Below, one piece after another: positions 1 through 12,235 of a stretch of 63,880 bases of DNA. The translations under genes and the position numbers were made by a program. The stretch is from Welwitschia mirabilis. Lineage: Eukaryota. How positions within the stretch are numbered: the first letter of the stretch is position 1; each line of letters begins with the position of its first letter. Location: NCBI GenBank assembly GCA_051453625.1, contig JBOZIK010000001.1:47736809-47800688 (forward strand). Reading direction: 5' to 3'. A model generated the notes under the pieces. The model was not told the origin of the DNA, made no database searches, and worked only from the letters and a program-made list of their open reading frames with translations.

Positions 1-700
1 GATTGGATGAAACAATCATCAAGAATCTCTTATAGGTTGTAGCATAATCCTCATAAGGTTATTATGCAAAGTTGACAACTTTTCTTCTTCTTTTTCTCAT
101 GGTTGTTTCATTCGTGAACCTTTTTATAAAGAAACTTAATTCCAAGTATTAAGGTTTTTATATGGGATAATTTTCAACCAATTTTTAGCCTTTCCTCTAA
201 GGGTGAAAGGGAAAATAGTCATGTAAGTCCTATTAGTTACCTTATTTTTCCTATTTCCTGGGGTAAGTATAAGTTGTTATATTTTAGCCAGGTGTTGAAA
301 AGGATCTTTTTCATCATCTTTTGAGAAGGTAGAATAATCTTACATGTTTTAAGTTCTACATCATCTCCATTGGATAGGTCAAAAGGGTTTTAAATATTTA
401 TTTTTTTAAGAGCTATTATATCCTTGAGAGTTAAAAAAGTAAAAGCAGAGACTAATATGTTTGAAGGATTAGAAGAAAAAGAGGTTTGAGATGTAGGTTT
501 TTTAGAGGGGTTTAAAGGTGAAGATAGTTTATAAAGCAAATTACTTTTAGAAATAAAAAAATTACTATCAAAAATATGCAAATGAAAAGTTGAATAATGA
601 TCTTCTTCTATTCTAGATTTAAATGAAACTTTCTCATCTCTAGTTCTTAAATTGAAGTCTATTAATCCTCTGTGAATTACTTTGCTAATGAATTACTTCT
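1..700 (-). pseudogene. gag: Degenerate Ty3/gypsy Athila-type gag (runs off the window start)
   Basis: Manual minus-strand translation gives DVELKTCKIILPSQKDDEKDPFQHL (~290-365) and IFPFTLRGKAKNWL (~170-220). These match the Athila/Retrotrans_gag consensus FELK..I..LP.F.G...EDP..HL ... FPFSL.GKAK.WL. Stops are present. Confidence 0.75.
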
Positions 701-1073
701 TATGATGGTGCTTTTAGTTCTTTACCATTCCCTTATATATGCATAAAATGTTAAATAAACTTCTTCACGCCCAAATGATAACACCCTTCTAAATCACACA
801 AAGTATAAGAAGGAGGTTATGCCAACAATGGATGTGGCACTTGCTCAGATCACATAAAGCATAAAGTGTAGACCAAGTTTATTATAAAGACAGTAATCAG
901 AAATTCACATAAAAAGTAAAATCAACATGGAAAAGATACTAATAGAAATTAAAATGCAATCTAAACTAAGAAAAGAAAAACCTATATATACACACACTAT
1001 ACAAATAAGCATTTTGAAATGAAATTACTAACTTGAGTAGTAAGAATCAATCTTTCAAACTTCCTTGAACTTC

Positions 1074-1091
1074 TCCCTAGTAGGGGCACCA
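1074..1091 (-). promoter_or_regulatory. Degenerate primer-binding site (Athila-type TGGCGCCG(C/T)TGCCGGGGA)
   Basis: + strand tccctagtaggggcacca, reverse complement tggtgcccctactaggga. It lies upstream of gag and 3 nt from the tgttaa LTR edge at 1095. Confidence 0.55.
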
Positions 1092-1094
1092 ATT

Positions 1095-2378
1095 TGTTAA
1101 GGTGTGATTTATGTGGTTTTGTTTTTCAATTAAGTATCTTTAATAATAACCTATAATCTTAAGTATCTAATTCATAGAAAAACACACACTAGAATAAGGA
1201 GTCAAACCAATATCATGCTATAGAGCGGAGTTATAAGTACACTTGAAAAACTACTTTATTCAAAAAGGAATTGAAATGATTTTCTATTCTAATTTCAGAA
1301 TGATAAATAAATGATACTACAACTATGGATGAATTACAATGAATTAATGTAGTGATGAGATGTAATTCTAAACACAACTACTAATCAAGTTTTACTAACT
1401 TTTTGCCATCCAAATTAGTCCTCATATATTATATCAAAATCATACTTAAATTGATTTTAACATAACATATAAAGAGCATAAGAGAGAGATTAGTATAAAC
1501 AAAATGATCTTCTATTAATTACAATGTTTTATATGCACTTAAAAGTAGTCACTTCTCAATGGAGAAAACATAGCTTAACTCCAAGCTAAGCTCCCCTATT
1601 GAGCTAGATGAATTCCTTACATAATTGATTTCCACATTACTACAAGAATAATTGATGCACCAAAGATTTAGAGTGGGTTATCTAAGGGGGGTATTTATAG
1701 TTTTGGATTGATGATTTAGATCACTGAGAGTAGTAACTAACAAAGTGTTATCATATCACTAATTTTATAATAGATAAAATAATTATGTTTTAAATTCATT
1801 AGAGCTACCTTACTGCTAGGGATTATCTGGATAACATAAGGAATAACACTCATATCAAGTGATATTCTCTTATAATGGCTGATTATCCTCCACATGTCTT
1901 CTTGATGTAATGCCTAAGTGTCATCTTTATAGGTGTCATCCAAACAATAAGGTGGATGACTGTCAGTATGAAAATGAAGTTTCTATTTTTATACACTATT
2001 GGTCATCCCCTAAGTATCATTCTGATGACTAGGTGGATGGTAGATATAGTAACTGTTGTAGTAACCTACTATAATAACTTTATTATAGTAACTTTGGTAT
2101 AGTGGCTTAGTTCATTTGCTGAGTGTAATTCAGGCAATGGGGTATATGTCAATTATAGTAACTACTATAGTAACATACTAGAGTTATCTTGCTACAATAA
2201 ATTACTCCATATGATGCACTTTTATTTAATAAAAATCATCTCTAGTCGTCATCTTTTAGTTCAAGATTGATTTATCAAGTTCTAAAGAATTAAAAATAAC
2301 TCTAAAGGCATCCAAATTAATCATATTAATCCTAATCAAGTATCATGACAATAGCTAAAACATCTCAGTGTTAATACA
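1095..2378 (-). repeat. 5' LTR of the Athila-type element (far end approximate)
   Basis: Begins TG next to the PBS. Minus-strand TATA (ctataaataccccc) at ~1687-1700. Internal short repeats. The outer boundary is not confirmed by a partner LTR. Confidence 0.5.
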
Positions 2379-4299
2379 TTCCATTGTTTTCTTCTCAACT
2401 AGATGTTAAAACTCTATTATAATAATCTTAAATGGAACATGTTTCCAAAGTCATCTATAAATGGTCAGAAATGTCATAAAAATATCCTCTCTTATTAATA
2501 GTCTGCTTTTGTTCTCAATTAATTAAAAACCTCTTCAAATAGACCTAAAACATACTCCAAATATGATATTAAATATGGCCTATTTGACTTTACAAAAATC
2601 ATTTTCATTTCTATTCACTATACTTTTCCTCTTTTTATTTATTATTTAAGCCATAAAATCCATATTTTTCTTCTATGAGAGAAGATACTCGAAAGCACAC
2701 TCGTGTTTTTTATGGTATGATTTCTATATCTAAGAATAAATATAGGCCTAATTACTCTTAACCATTGATTAAAAAATGATCCGATGGCTAGAATTTAGTT
2801 TTGTTTTTATAAAATTGGGCCTTAGAATCTCCATTTCACCTTCCCAATAGAATTTATCCCACCTCTACAATTTTCTTTTACTCCTGTTAGAAACTTGCAT
2901 CTATTTATCTTTGTTCATCAGTGTAGCCACATTTCCTAGGTAATACCTCCATCCAATTTTATGTCGTTCTTTTACATTTCTTTCTATGGTATTCATTTAT
3001 TATTTTATATCATTCTAAGTCTTTGATATGTTATTTTTTACTTTAAAACTTAATCATTTTCTAGTTTTGTAACACCTTAATATTAATTACCCTAATTAAT
3101 CATGATTTTTTTGTATTATTAACTAACATGCATAACGGGACCTAGGATCAAATCCTATTTAGACTCTATTAACACATTATAAGAATTAAAATAATTAGAA
3201 AACATAATTATTATTTAACTATAAACCGTTTAGGTTTTCATACAATAATGATGTTAAAATTATGTCCTATATTTATTGCTAACTTTGTTTTCACCACACA
3301 GAATATCTGCAAAAGTTAATGGGATGTTAACTTGTTTTATCACATACAATGGATAAGTTTTAGGATAGTGCCTAAGCAATATAATAGGATGTTTCATCTC
3401 TTATTAATGGCATTCCAACTTGATATCTAACCACTCTCTAGACATGAGTTGGTTCTACTTCAGGTTTTAAACTATACAAACATGACCGGGCTCAACTCCA
3501 TAGGCTTAGAGTTCATCTCGATATACCCCCAATACAGGTGACAAGCGATACATGAGGTGGGTGCATAGTTACAAGTAACCCCCACTTCCTTGAAGCATTG
3601 CAGGATGATGCAACATGATCCTTTGATATCAAGGGCTTGAGATATTAAGTCAGAGTAAGTCCATGCATGGGTAGGGTAGGATAGTAGTGATCAAATCCAC
3701 TTCCAGAAGGGTTTGGAAATAAAAGTACAANNNNNNNNNNNNNNNNNNNNNNNNNNNNNNNNNNNNNNNNNNNNNNNNNNNNNNNNNNNNNNNNNNNNNN
3801 NNNNNNNNNNNNNNNNNNNNNNNNNNNNNNCTAATTTTAATAAGTTTGAAATAGCCTAGATGTATTTTATAGGCTCAAACTTTTAATTATAAAAACTACC
3901 TAAGTTTTAGAATTACCAAACTAATACCCTTTACTATAATGGCTATAACTTTTAATATACTTAGATTTTTTCAATGAGTAGATACTTTTTCAAAATATTA
4001 TTCAATTATTGACAAGTTTAAATACTCTATGTTTACTTATAACTCTTTCAAGATTCTAAAAACTGAAACATTTTGCTTGCTATTTCTGCTTGTAAATTTT
4101 GAGATATTTTTATAAAATAAATTTTAAAATTATTTTAGCCCCAAAAAATTAATATTTTAAACCTTTTATTTTCTTAACATAATTATAGACCCACACAAAA
4201 AAAAATTCATAAAATTTTACTTAGTATTAAATGAGGTATGACTTTTTTAATTTACTTGACTTTAAAAAAATAAAGGGTAAACATTAACTCAACTAAGAA

Positions 4300-5658
4300 C
4301 AAGAGAAATCATACTAATTTAGAGAAACAAAATAGACTACGAATTTGTATTATAAACAAAAAAAAACATAATTAGAAGTAGTATAAACTTAATTTAATGT
4401 AATAAATAATATATTAATACCATGAGCCTTAAGATTTTCTAAGGAGGAGTGCCTAGCCTAAATAGATTGTTAAGGATCAGATTTATTTGCCCTACTAAGA
4501 CTCTAATGCAAATATTATGTAAAATGCATGTAATAAGTAATAAAATGCAACGCAATATGATATCTAAAATCATAGTAAACCCCCTGGTCACTTCATTAAA
4601 GTATCTATTAGACACATAGAAGCTGGGCATGTTAAGAGGTCCCTCAACTCTCTCCCTTATCTTAGTCTACACCAATGGGAGGAAATAAAATATATATATA
4701 ACCATTGGTATATCTATCAAATAAGCATGTAAAAAGATCCATTAAATCTCTCCCTTATCTTATTATTAATGAATGGAAAGGAAAATGCAAATCATATACA
4801 TAGGCCTCATGTAAGAGATGGAGCTAAAATTCTAATAAAAGAAGAAACTACTTGGAGGGAAGAAGATTGGTTATCCTTGAAGAATATTGAGGAAGTGTTA
4901 AGCTCTAAGAGCCTATCTCTAAGCTTCCAAGCTCTAAGTTCTGAGGCCAAGCTCCTAGCTCTAAGCTTCAAATCCACACTCATGAGAAAGAAAGATTGAG
5001 AAGAAATTTTAGTAGCATAAACTTGATTGAAGAATACTAGTCTGAGAAGAAGGGAGAGGGCTCTATTTATAGTTAAATGTATGTCAAAGGTCCCTAATAT
5101 AATTGGTTAAAGTTACTCTACATTATTTTACCTATAAGATAATAAAATCTCTTTTACTTGATAATATTGATCAATAACAAGTTAAATGAACTTGGGTAAA
5201 AGTGACATTGATATGTAAATGACACTGATAAGATTAATCAATGACAAGTTATATGGACTTTATGTAAAAGTGATTTGGACATGTGAATGATAATGATAAG
5301 ATTTATCAATGACAAGTTGGATCAGCTTGTGTAGAAGTGACATTGATAAGACTAATCAATAAGAAGTTGTAAGAGCTTGTTGTGTAAGAGGTGAAAGTGA
5401 TGTATGAATGACAAAAGAATATTATTTATGACTCATGCACCTAATTTAGGTGAGTAATCTTCTTACTTTAATTATCAAAATTAATTACATACATCATTTT
5501 CTCATGCTATTTTCTTTTTAATCCTTCATAGACTCATAATTAATCCAAAATATAATTAAAATGCATTAGAAGAACAAATGCACATATTCCAAAATTGTCA
5601 TATGACACAACAAGAAAAATGATATTTTATGCATAAAGTACTTCCACAGATATCAACA
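4300..5658 (-). repeat. LTR-like segment nested in the 3068-6319 element
   Basis: Minus-strand TATA ctataaatagag at ~5061-5072, LTR-type internal tandem repeats, ends ...gatatcaaca. Left edge not resolved. Confidence 0.35.
5160..5385. repeat. Tandem repeat, ~4 units of 50-68 bp
   Basis: Units starting gataa(g/t)a(c/t)t.atcaat.a(c/g)aagtt at 5160, 5227, 5295 and 5345. Confidence 0.85.
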
Positions 5659-6633
5659 AGGATAAAAGTCATAGTAGAATAAATTATACTCATTTATCCT
5701 TTTTAATTTATGGATAAGAGTGCATGTCCTTATTCACATGTTTCCACTCCTCATGATTCATCATATCAACAACACAAATAACAAGAAAGGAATGCCATAA
5801 TTAAATGTAAGAAAAATGTCATAATAGGTTTTAAGAAAATGTCATAATTAAATGTAAGAAATTGTTATAGTTGAACATAGTACTCATACCTATTCTCCTT
5901 TCATTTTTACCAAGTAATTTTAGTTTCTCTTAAAACTTGAATAAGACACATAAATAAGTGACTAAAATAAATATGTCACATGCCCTTTTTTGTAGATATT
6001 ATTTTACATCTTTATATGGATCTTTCGATTTAACTATCTAACCATAAAAATGACTTGCCTAACAGGCTTATTCAGTATTAAAATTCTTATAATTATTATT
6101 ATAACTTGAAATAATAAAATTACCCAAAACTAAGATTAAATAATTAAGTAACCTTATGAGTATCTATACTATTTGACATATGATACATTATTGATTGTAG
6201 GGCTATACATAGATTCTCACTAAAAAAGGATTTTCGTTAAAGCTAATATCAAAATGTATTGCATAGTTTAGAAACTTTTGTAATCATTAATTAAAGTTTA
6301 CAAAATATGGGTTATAACAAATTTTCCCATTTTTCCCCTTTATTTCTTATCTCTAACCTTATCTTCCTTTTCTTCATTTCTCTTTCTCTCTTTTTTGTTT
6401 TTACCTTCTATAATTTACAAAAAATCACAAGTGGGAGATAAGGAGCTTTTATTAAAGAAGATATAATTACCTCTTTTCTCTTCTTTTATGCACTATTTTA
6501 CTTACTAAGGATTGAATCTAGAAACTGAAATTATCTTTAAAGAAGAAAGACACCTATTACTACTATAGAAAAGTACTCAAATTTTACAAGAATGCTACTA
6601 TGGATGAGGAGGACTCTGTTGACACATGGATTT

Positions 6634-6696
6634 TGGTCAGAAGGGCACATCAATGTGATTGGGAGTGAACTAACTGATTCACTTGCTAGTTTGGGT
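6634..6696 (+). pseudogene. Possible L1 LINE RNase H C-terminal remnant
   Basis: Frame from 6634 reads WSEGHINVIGSELTDSLASLG, with the same spacing as the plant L1 RNase H motif HI.REGN..AD.LA..G. No other domain recognised. Confidence 0.35.
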
Positions 6697-8474
6697 ATAT
6701 GGTTGCCTTTGATGAGTCTAGTGAAACTTGAGAATAGTCCTACTTGGCTAGAAGTAAATGAAAGGATGTGACTAGAAAGAAAGAATTTAAAGAACTAGTA
6801 TTATATAAGAGATTTGTCTTAGATAACCAAAAAATAAGAAAGAAGTTAAGAACCATGCAGGCAGGATTTATGAGTGGATTACATAAGAAATTTTTTTTCT
6901 TTTAATTCAATAAAGTGAAAGAACAAAATTTCAAGAACTTTATGTTTATTTTTTATTTAATTTTTTTGAATATAAATATAAAATATCAATGCAATTACCA
7001 TGTAGCTAGAATTTAAAAATAGTAGAATGCAAGACCAAGCTATAAGTGAAGGAAGAAAGGAAGAAAAAGTATCTTTAAGAGATCATGCTAAAGTAGAAGA
7101 AAACTTGATAGTCAATATTCTATAAGGAATGATTCGAAGAAATCTAGGGTATAAGATGGAAAACACTCTACTTGATATGATTCTTTATTTTGAATTTTGT
7201 TTTTATCTTTCATTTCTTGCTAAAATATGATCCTTCAAAAGAGCATTTAAACCATAGACAGAAACTCCATAAGAGAAAACGAGAGCCAAGCAACTACGAC
7301 TATTCTTAAAGTATAGAATAGGATGTAGAGAGTCTATAATCAGTAAGAAAGTGATGTTCAAATGGATAAAGAGATGCTGATAGTCTTATCAGGATGAAGC
7401 GATAACATCCAACATTGATCATCTAAAGCTGGTTTTAGGAACCATATTGTTGAGAGCAAAAAAAAAAAAAAACTTTATCAATGAATGCATTACTTATCCT
7501 CCCAAGTTGAAGAAGCTAAATAAAATAATGCACTTCTTTTCTCAGCTCCTGGAGCTTTCATTTTCTCTAAATTTTCTTGTTGATTACTTCAAATCCAACT
7601 CAACTTTCCTAGATCTATGAATTTATCCACTATGCTAATAAAAAAATAATGTGGGAAGCTTCGTCATGATGGTTTATAGAATGTGAATGCAGAATCTGCA
7701 ACTTAGCAGATTGAATAAGGAAGACTAGAAAAAAAAATGTAGATTTACCCAAAATGTAGAGACAACACTTCTTGAGGAAAGGCGCCACTCTATTCAAGCT
7801 TTGAATTAAATAAATGCAGATGACGATTTTTTACATCCATTTCAACAACTTTCAAATTCCCACAGAGAAAAGAGAAAAGCCTAAATTTGCTGAGAAATGG
7901 TGAATTTGTTTTGTTTTCTTCTTCTGTATGTGATGTGGTGCACCTGTAGAATTTTAAACTATTGTTCTGCAGTAAAAATCAGCTCTACATATTGTTGCAT
8001 TCTCTGGTGATCACTCTGTGCTCACAGAGGTAAGGCTTGAATTTAGAAGGATTTCATTTCATTTTGGTAAAAGAGGCTGTAAAGGAAGGTAATAAAGGCA
8101 CTCAACAAATGCAGAGTGCACAAGTCCCGGCATATAAAAAATTGCTTAGTTAGCTACTGCGGTGCCTTTGACCACCATCTTGTTTTGACACTAGCGTTCA
8201 CCTCTGCTAGTGCCTCTTCCTCATGTCACCTCTTTGCTAGCCTTCTGCGTGGAGATCTACTTGTCCGCCATCCTCTACAACACCTATGCATGTCTTGTGC
8301 CATTGTCACTGGTCCTAGCGCTACCACTTGATACCTCAACGTGCTGCACCCTGTTTACTGCCTATGCTTCATCTGGTTAACTACCCACTTCTTTTGTAGT
8401 GCCAACTTTCTCCTCTACTCACCGAGTGGTCTTTTTTTTGACCATCAGGTTCACCCTATTTGCTCATTGACTTT

Positions 8475-8660
8475 TGATGAGTCAGCGATGTAGGAAATAT
8501 TGTCATCCCTCTACCTTTGAGAGCTAAGGGTATATTGTATTTATAGCAAAATACGCCCAACGTTTTTAGGCAGAAACTATGGACGAATGATAGTTCGAGA
8601 TGCCATCTCATCCAGAGAAGACTTAGTGATATGGGCTCAAATTTGAGCCACATCTTAACA
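8475..8660 (-). repeat. Copia 3' LTR (186 bp)
   Basis: tgatgagtcagcg...catcttaaca. About 18 mismatches to 17725-17910 by manual alignment (~90% identity). Minus-strand TATA ctataaata. Confidence 0.95.
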
Positions 8661-8672
8661 ATCTCCACCTTG
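8661..8672 (-). promoter_or_regulatory. Polypurine tract of the copia element
   Basis: atctccacctt(g) = aaggtggagat on the minus strand, abutting the 3' LTR. Confidence 0.9.
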
Positions 8673-8716
8673 GCTCAAAATTGATGCACTAACTATAGTT
8701 GAAGGGTTGTACAGGC

Positions 8717-11700
8717 CTATGACGGTAAACATTGTTTGAACTTGACTTTAGGAAGAGGCTTAGTCGACATATCTACCAGATTTTCAGATGTATGCACCTT
8801 TTTAACTGCAATGTCGCCAATAGAAAGTATCTCCTTGATATAGTAATGTTTAACATCAATGTGCTTAGTCCTCGAGTGATACATGTTATTTTGAGTAAGA
8901 TGAATAACACTTTGGTTATCACAAAATACCGTAGTCTCGCTTTGGGGTATACCGAGTTCAATCATTAACCACCAGAGCCATGTAGCTTCTTTGACATCTT
9001 TAGTTACTGAAACATACTCTGCTTCAATTGTTGATAAGGCAGTAATGGACTAAAGAGATGCCTTCCACCTGATAGCAGAATTGTAGAGAGTAAAGATATA
9101 TCCTGAAAGAGATCTTCATCTATCTAAGTCACCTCCATAATCAGAATTAGTAAAACCTACTACATTTGTCGAAGTAGTATCACGTTTATCAAATAGTAAG
9201 CCCATAGTTAAAGATCCCTTTAAATAATGAAGGATTTATTTTACTGCATTCCAATGAGCTTTTCCTGAATTATGCATGTATCGAATTACGATACTGACAG
9301 CATATGCGAGATAAGGTCTAGTGCAGATCATAGCATACATTAAACTTCCAACGACATTAGCATAATGAATGAGTGACATACTCTTAATCTCTTCTTTGGT
9401 TTTTGGACAACAATCTGAAGACAATTTGAAGTGAGCAGTGAAGGGAGTGGAAACAAGTTTACAATTTAACATATTGAATCTGTTAAGAACTTTCTAAATA
9501 TATTTGCTTTGAGAGAGAAATAATTTCCTAGCTTGACGATCTTTACTTATTTCCATACCAAGAATTTTCTTGTCTTCACTCAGATCCTTTATCTTAAATT
9601 CTATATTCAGCTATGATTTTAATCTGTTAATTAAAGATTTATTGCGATATGCAATTAACATATTATCGACATATAGTAATAAATACATAAAGGACTTATC
9701 AGGATACTGCTGATAGTATATATAATGGTCATATTGACTTCTGATAAAGCCCTACCCAATCATAAATGCATTAAACATCTTGTACCAGTGTCGCGGAGCT
9801 TATTTAAGGTTATATAATGATTTTTTTAGATGACACATATAGTGTTCTTTTCCTAGGGTTATGAAACCCTTAGGCTGATTCATATAGATTTCTTCATTAA
9901 GGTCTCCATGTAAGAATGCTATTTTTACATCGAGTTGATTTAACTCCATGTCAAATAAGACAATAAATGCAAGTAGTACATGAATCGAAGTATGACAAAC
10001 TATAGGTGAAAAAATTTCATAGAAATCTATACCTTCTTTTTAATTATAGCCTTTGACAACAAACTGTGCTTTCCATCTTTCATTTTCAACTGCGGGGATG
10101 CCTTCTTTTTTCTTGTAGATCCACTTACAGTTCAAAGGATGTTTATTAAATGGAAGTTCACATAAACTTCAAGTGTTATTTTTATGAAGAATCTCCATTT
10201 CTTCATTCATTGCCATGAGCCATTTCGAGGAGCCAGCACACAAAACAGCTTCTGTATAAGAGGAAGGTTCTGTATCATCAGGAATTTCCTGGGCAACTGA
10301 GTGAGCACATGCCACTAGATCGTTCTCAGTGTTAAGATATCTAGCTGGTTTCTTTATTATTCTCCTTAGACGATCTCAAGTAGTCGAATAATTCTACTGT
10401 GGTTAATCAGGAGTACTGATACTTGGAGTATTCTTATCAACACTTATTTCAGTAGAGGACGAAGGTGTGGAATTTACAATAGTCGATGGAGAGGTTATAA
10501 CCTCTAACTTTACCTGCTTATTAGACTTCTAATCTATAATATCTTGAGAAGAGAAAGAAGAAGAAGAAGAAGAGGAGATAATAAATCTATCTGAGGAGTA
10601 AGCAAAGCATCCTCATTAAATGTTACATCTCTACTAAGAATTCCCTTATGCAACTCAGGATACCACAAACGGTATCCTTTAGATTCAGAAGCATAACCAA
10701 TGAATATACATTTAATAGCTCTAGGTGCTAGTTTACCACCATTGGTATGAGCAAATGTTGAACAACCAAATATTTTTAACTATAAGTAATTAACATAATT
10801 TCCTAATCAAATCTCTTCTGGAATTTCAAATTTTAGTGAGGAATGTAGAGATCGATTGATGAGATAATAAGCTATAGAAATTGCTTCAGTCCATAAATCA
10901 CGTCAATGCCATAGGTTCGCATTAGAGAGCATATACCGAGCCCTTTCAAGTAATGTTATATTCATGCATTCTACAATACCATTTTGTTGTGGTGTTCCAA
11001 TTAAAATTTTGTGTCGAAAAATTCCATTGTTAGCAAAAAAATCATTAAAATCACTTGAATAAAATTCTAATTCATTATCAGTTCTGAGTTTCTTAATCTT
11101 CTTGCCTATCTAATTTTCAATAAGCATTTTTCATTATTTAAAAGTAGATAAAGTTTTATTTTTATGACATAGAAAATAAACCCATACTTTGTAAGAGTAA
11201 TCATCAATAATCGTCATCATAAAAAAACAACCACCAATAGAAAGAACCTTGGAGGGTTCCCATAAATCAGAGTGAATATAATCCAGGACACCTTTAGTGC
11301 AATGAAGTGCAGTAGAGAAACTTACTCTTTTTTGTTTATCAAAAACACAATGTTTACAAAATTTTAATTTACCAAGATGCTAACCAAAGAGAAGATCTTT
11401 CTTACTGAGGATATGCATACCTTTCTCGCTCATGTGACCTAACCGCATGTATCACAAGTGAGTCATGTCTGATTTAGGCATAGAAGTTGAAATCCTACGG
11501 AACCTCTAACTATAGAACCTTGCAAGATATACATGCTACCACATTAGTTAGCCTTAAACATAACAAGATCATCTTTAATAATTTTGAGAACTCACCTTCA
11601 ATGACATACTTATATCCTTTTGATTCAAGAGTACCTAATGAGATTAAGTTTCATTTAAGATCAGGAATAAAGCATACCTCCTCAAGAGTCCTGATGATTC

Positions 11701-12135
11701 CATCACCACTTTTGATCTGAACAGTTCCTATTTCTTTGACCTTACACTGGGTATTATTACCCATTAAAAAAATACCAGAACAAACAGATTTAAAGGTCGT
11801 AAAACAGTCCTGATGAGGACAGATGTGAAAAGTACAACCCAAATCAAGAATCCAATCAGATGCATTTCTATCATTATTAGAAGACTCAGATAGTAATACA
11901 TCACCTTCAGTATCAGTGTCAATGATGCTTGCCTCTGTGAACTAATGAGGTTATTTCCTTTTTGCTTCCTTATCCTGTTTATTTTTTAATTTATAACATT
12001 TAGGAAGCTCATGTCCAAGTTTTTTACAATACCGATAGGTTTTGCTATTGGACTTACATCCTCTTGACTTTGACCTAGACTAACTATAGTTTCTAGTACA
12101 TACATGATCATGACTTCGACCTCTAATTATTAGAC
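8717..12135 (-). pseudogene. pol: Copia pol copy 2 (zinc-knuckle remnant, protease, integrase, RT, RNase H), disrupted
   Basis: WILDLGCTFHICP (~11815-11857), LMYAMICTRP (ORF 9236-9472), YVDNML (~9657-9675), HSRTKHIDVKHY and ENLVDMSTKPLP (ORF 8717-8965). Many stops and frameshifts. Confidence 0.93.
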
Positions 12136-12235
12136 NNNNNNNNNNNNNNNNNNNNNNNNNNNNNNNNNNNNNNNNNNNNNNNNNNNNNNNNNNNNNNNNN
12201 NNNNNNNNNNNNNNNNNNNNNNNNNNNNNNNNNNN

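Larger units (their letters stand above)
3068..6319. mobile_element. Probable solo LTR (Tekay/Del-like termini) with an internal insertion
   Basis: Starts tgtaacacc and ends gggttataaca (imperfect inverted termini). Flanked by agttt (3063-3067) and aattt (6320-6324), a 4/5 TSD match. Spans a 100-N gap. Confidence 0.45.

Noticed and set aside
5160..5385. CRISPR-like regularly spaced repeats
   Set aside because: The intervening sequence is itself repeated, spacing is irregular, the context is eukaryotic and there are no cas genes. This is an ordinary tandem repeat.
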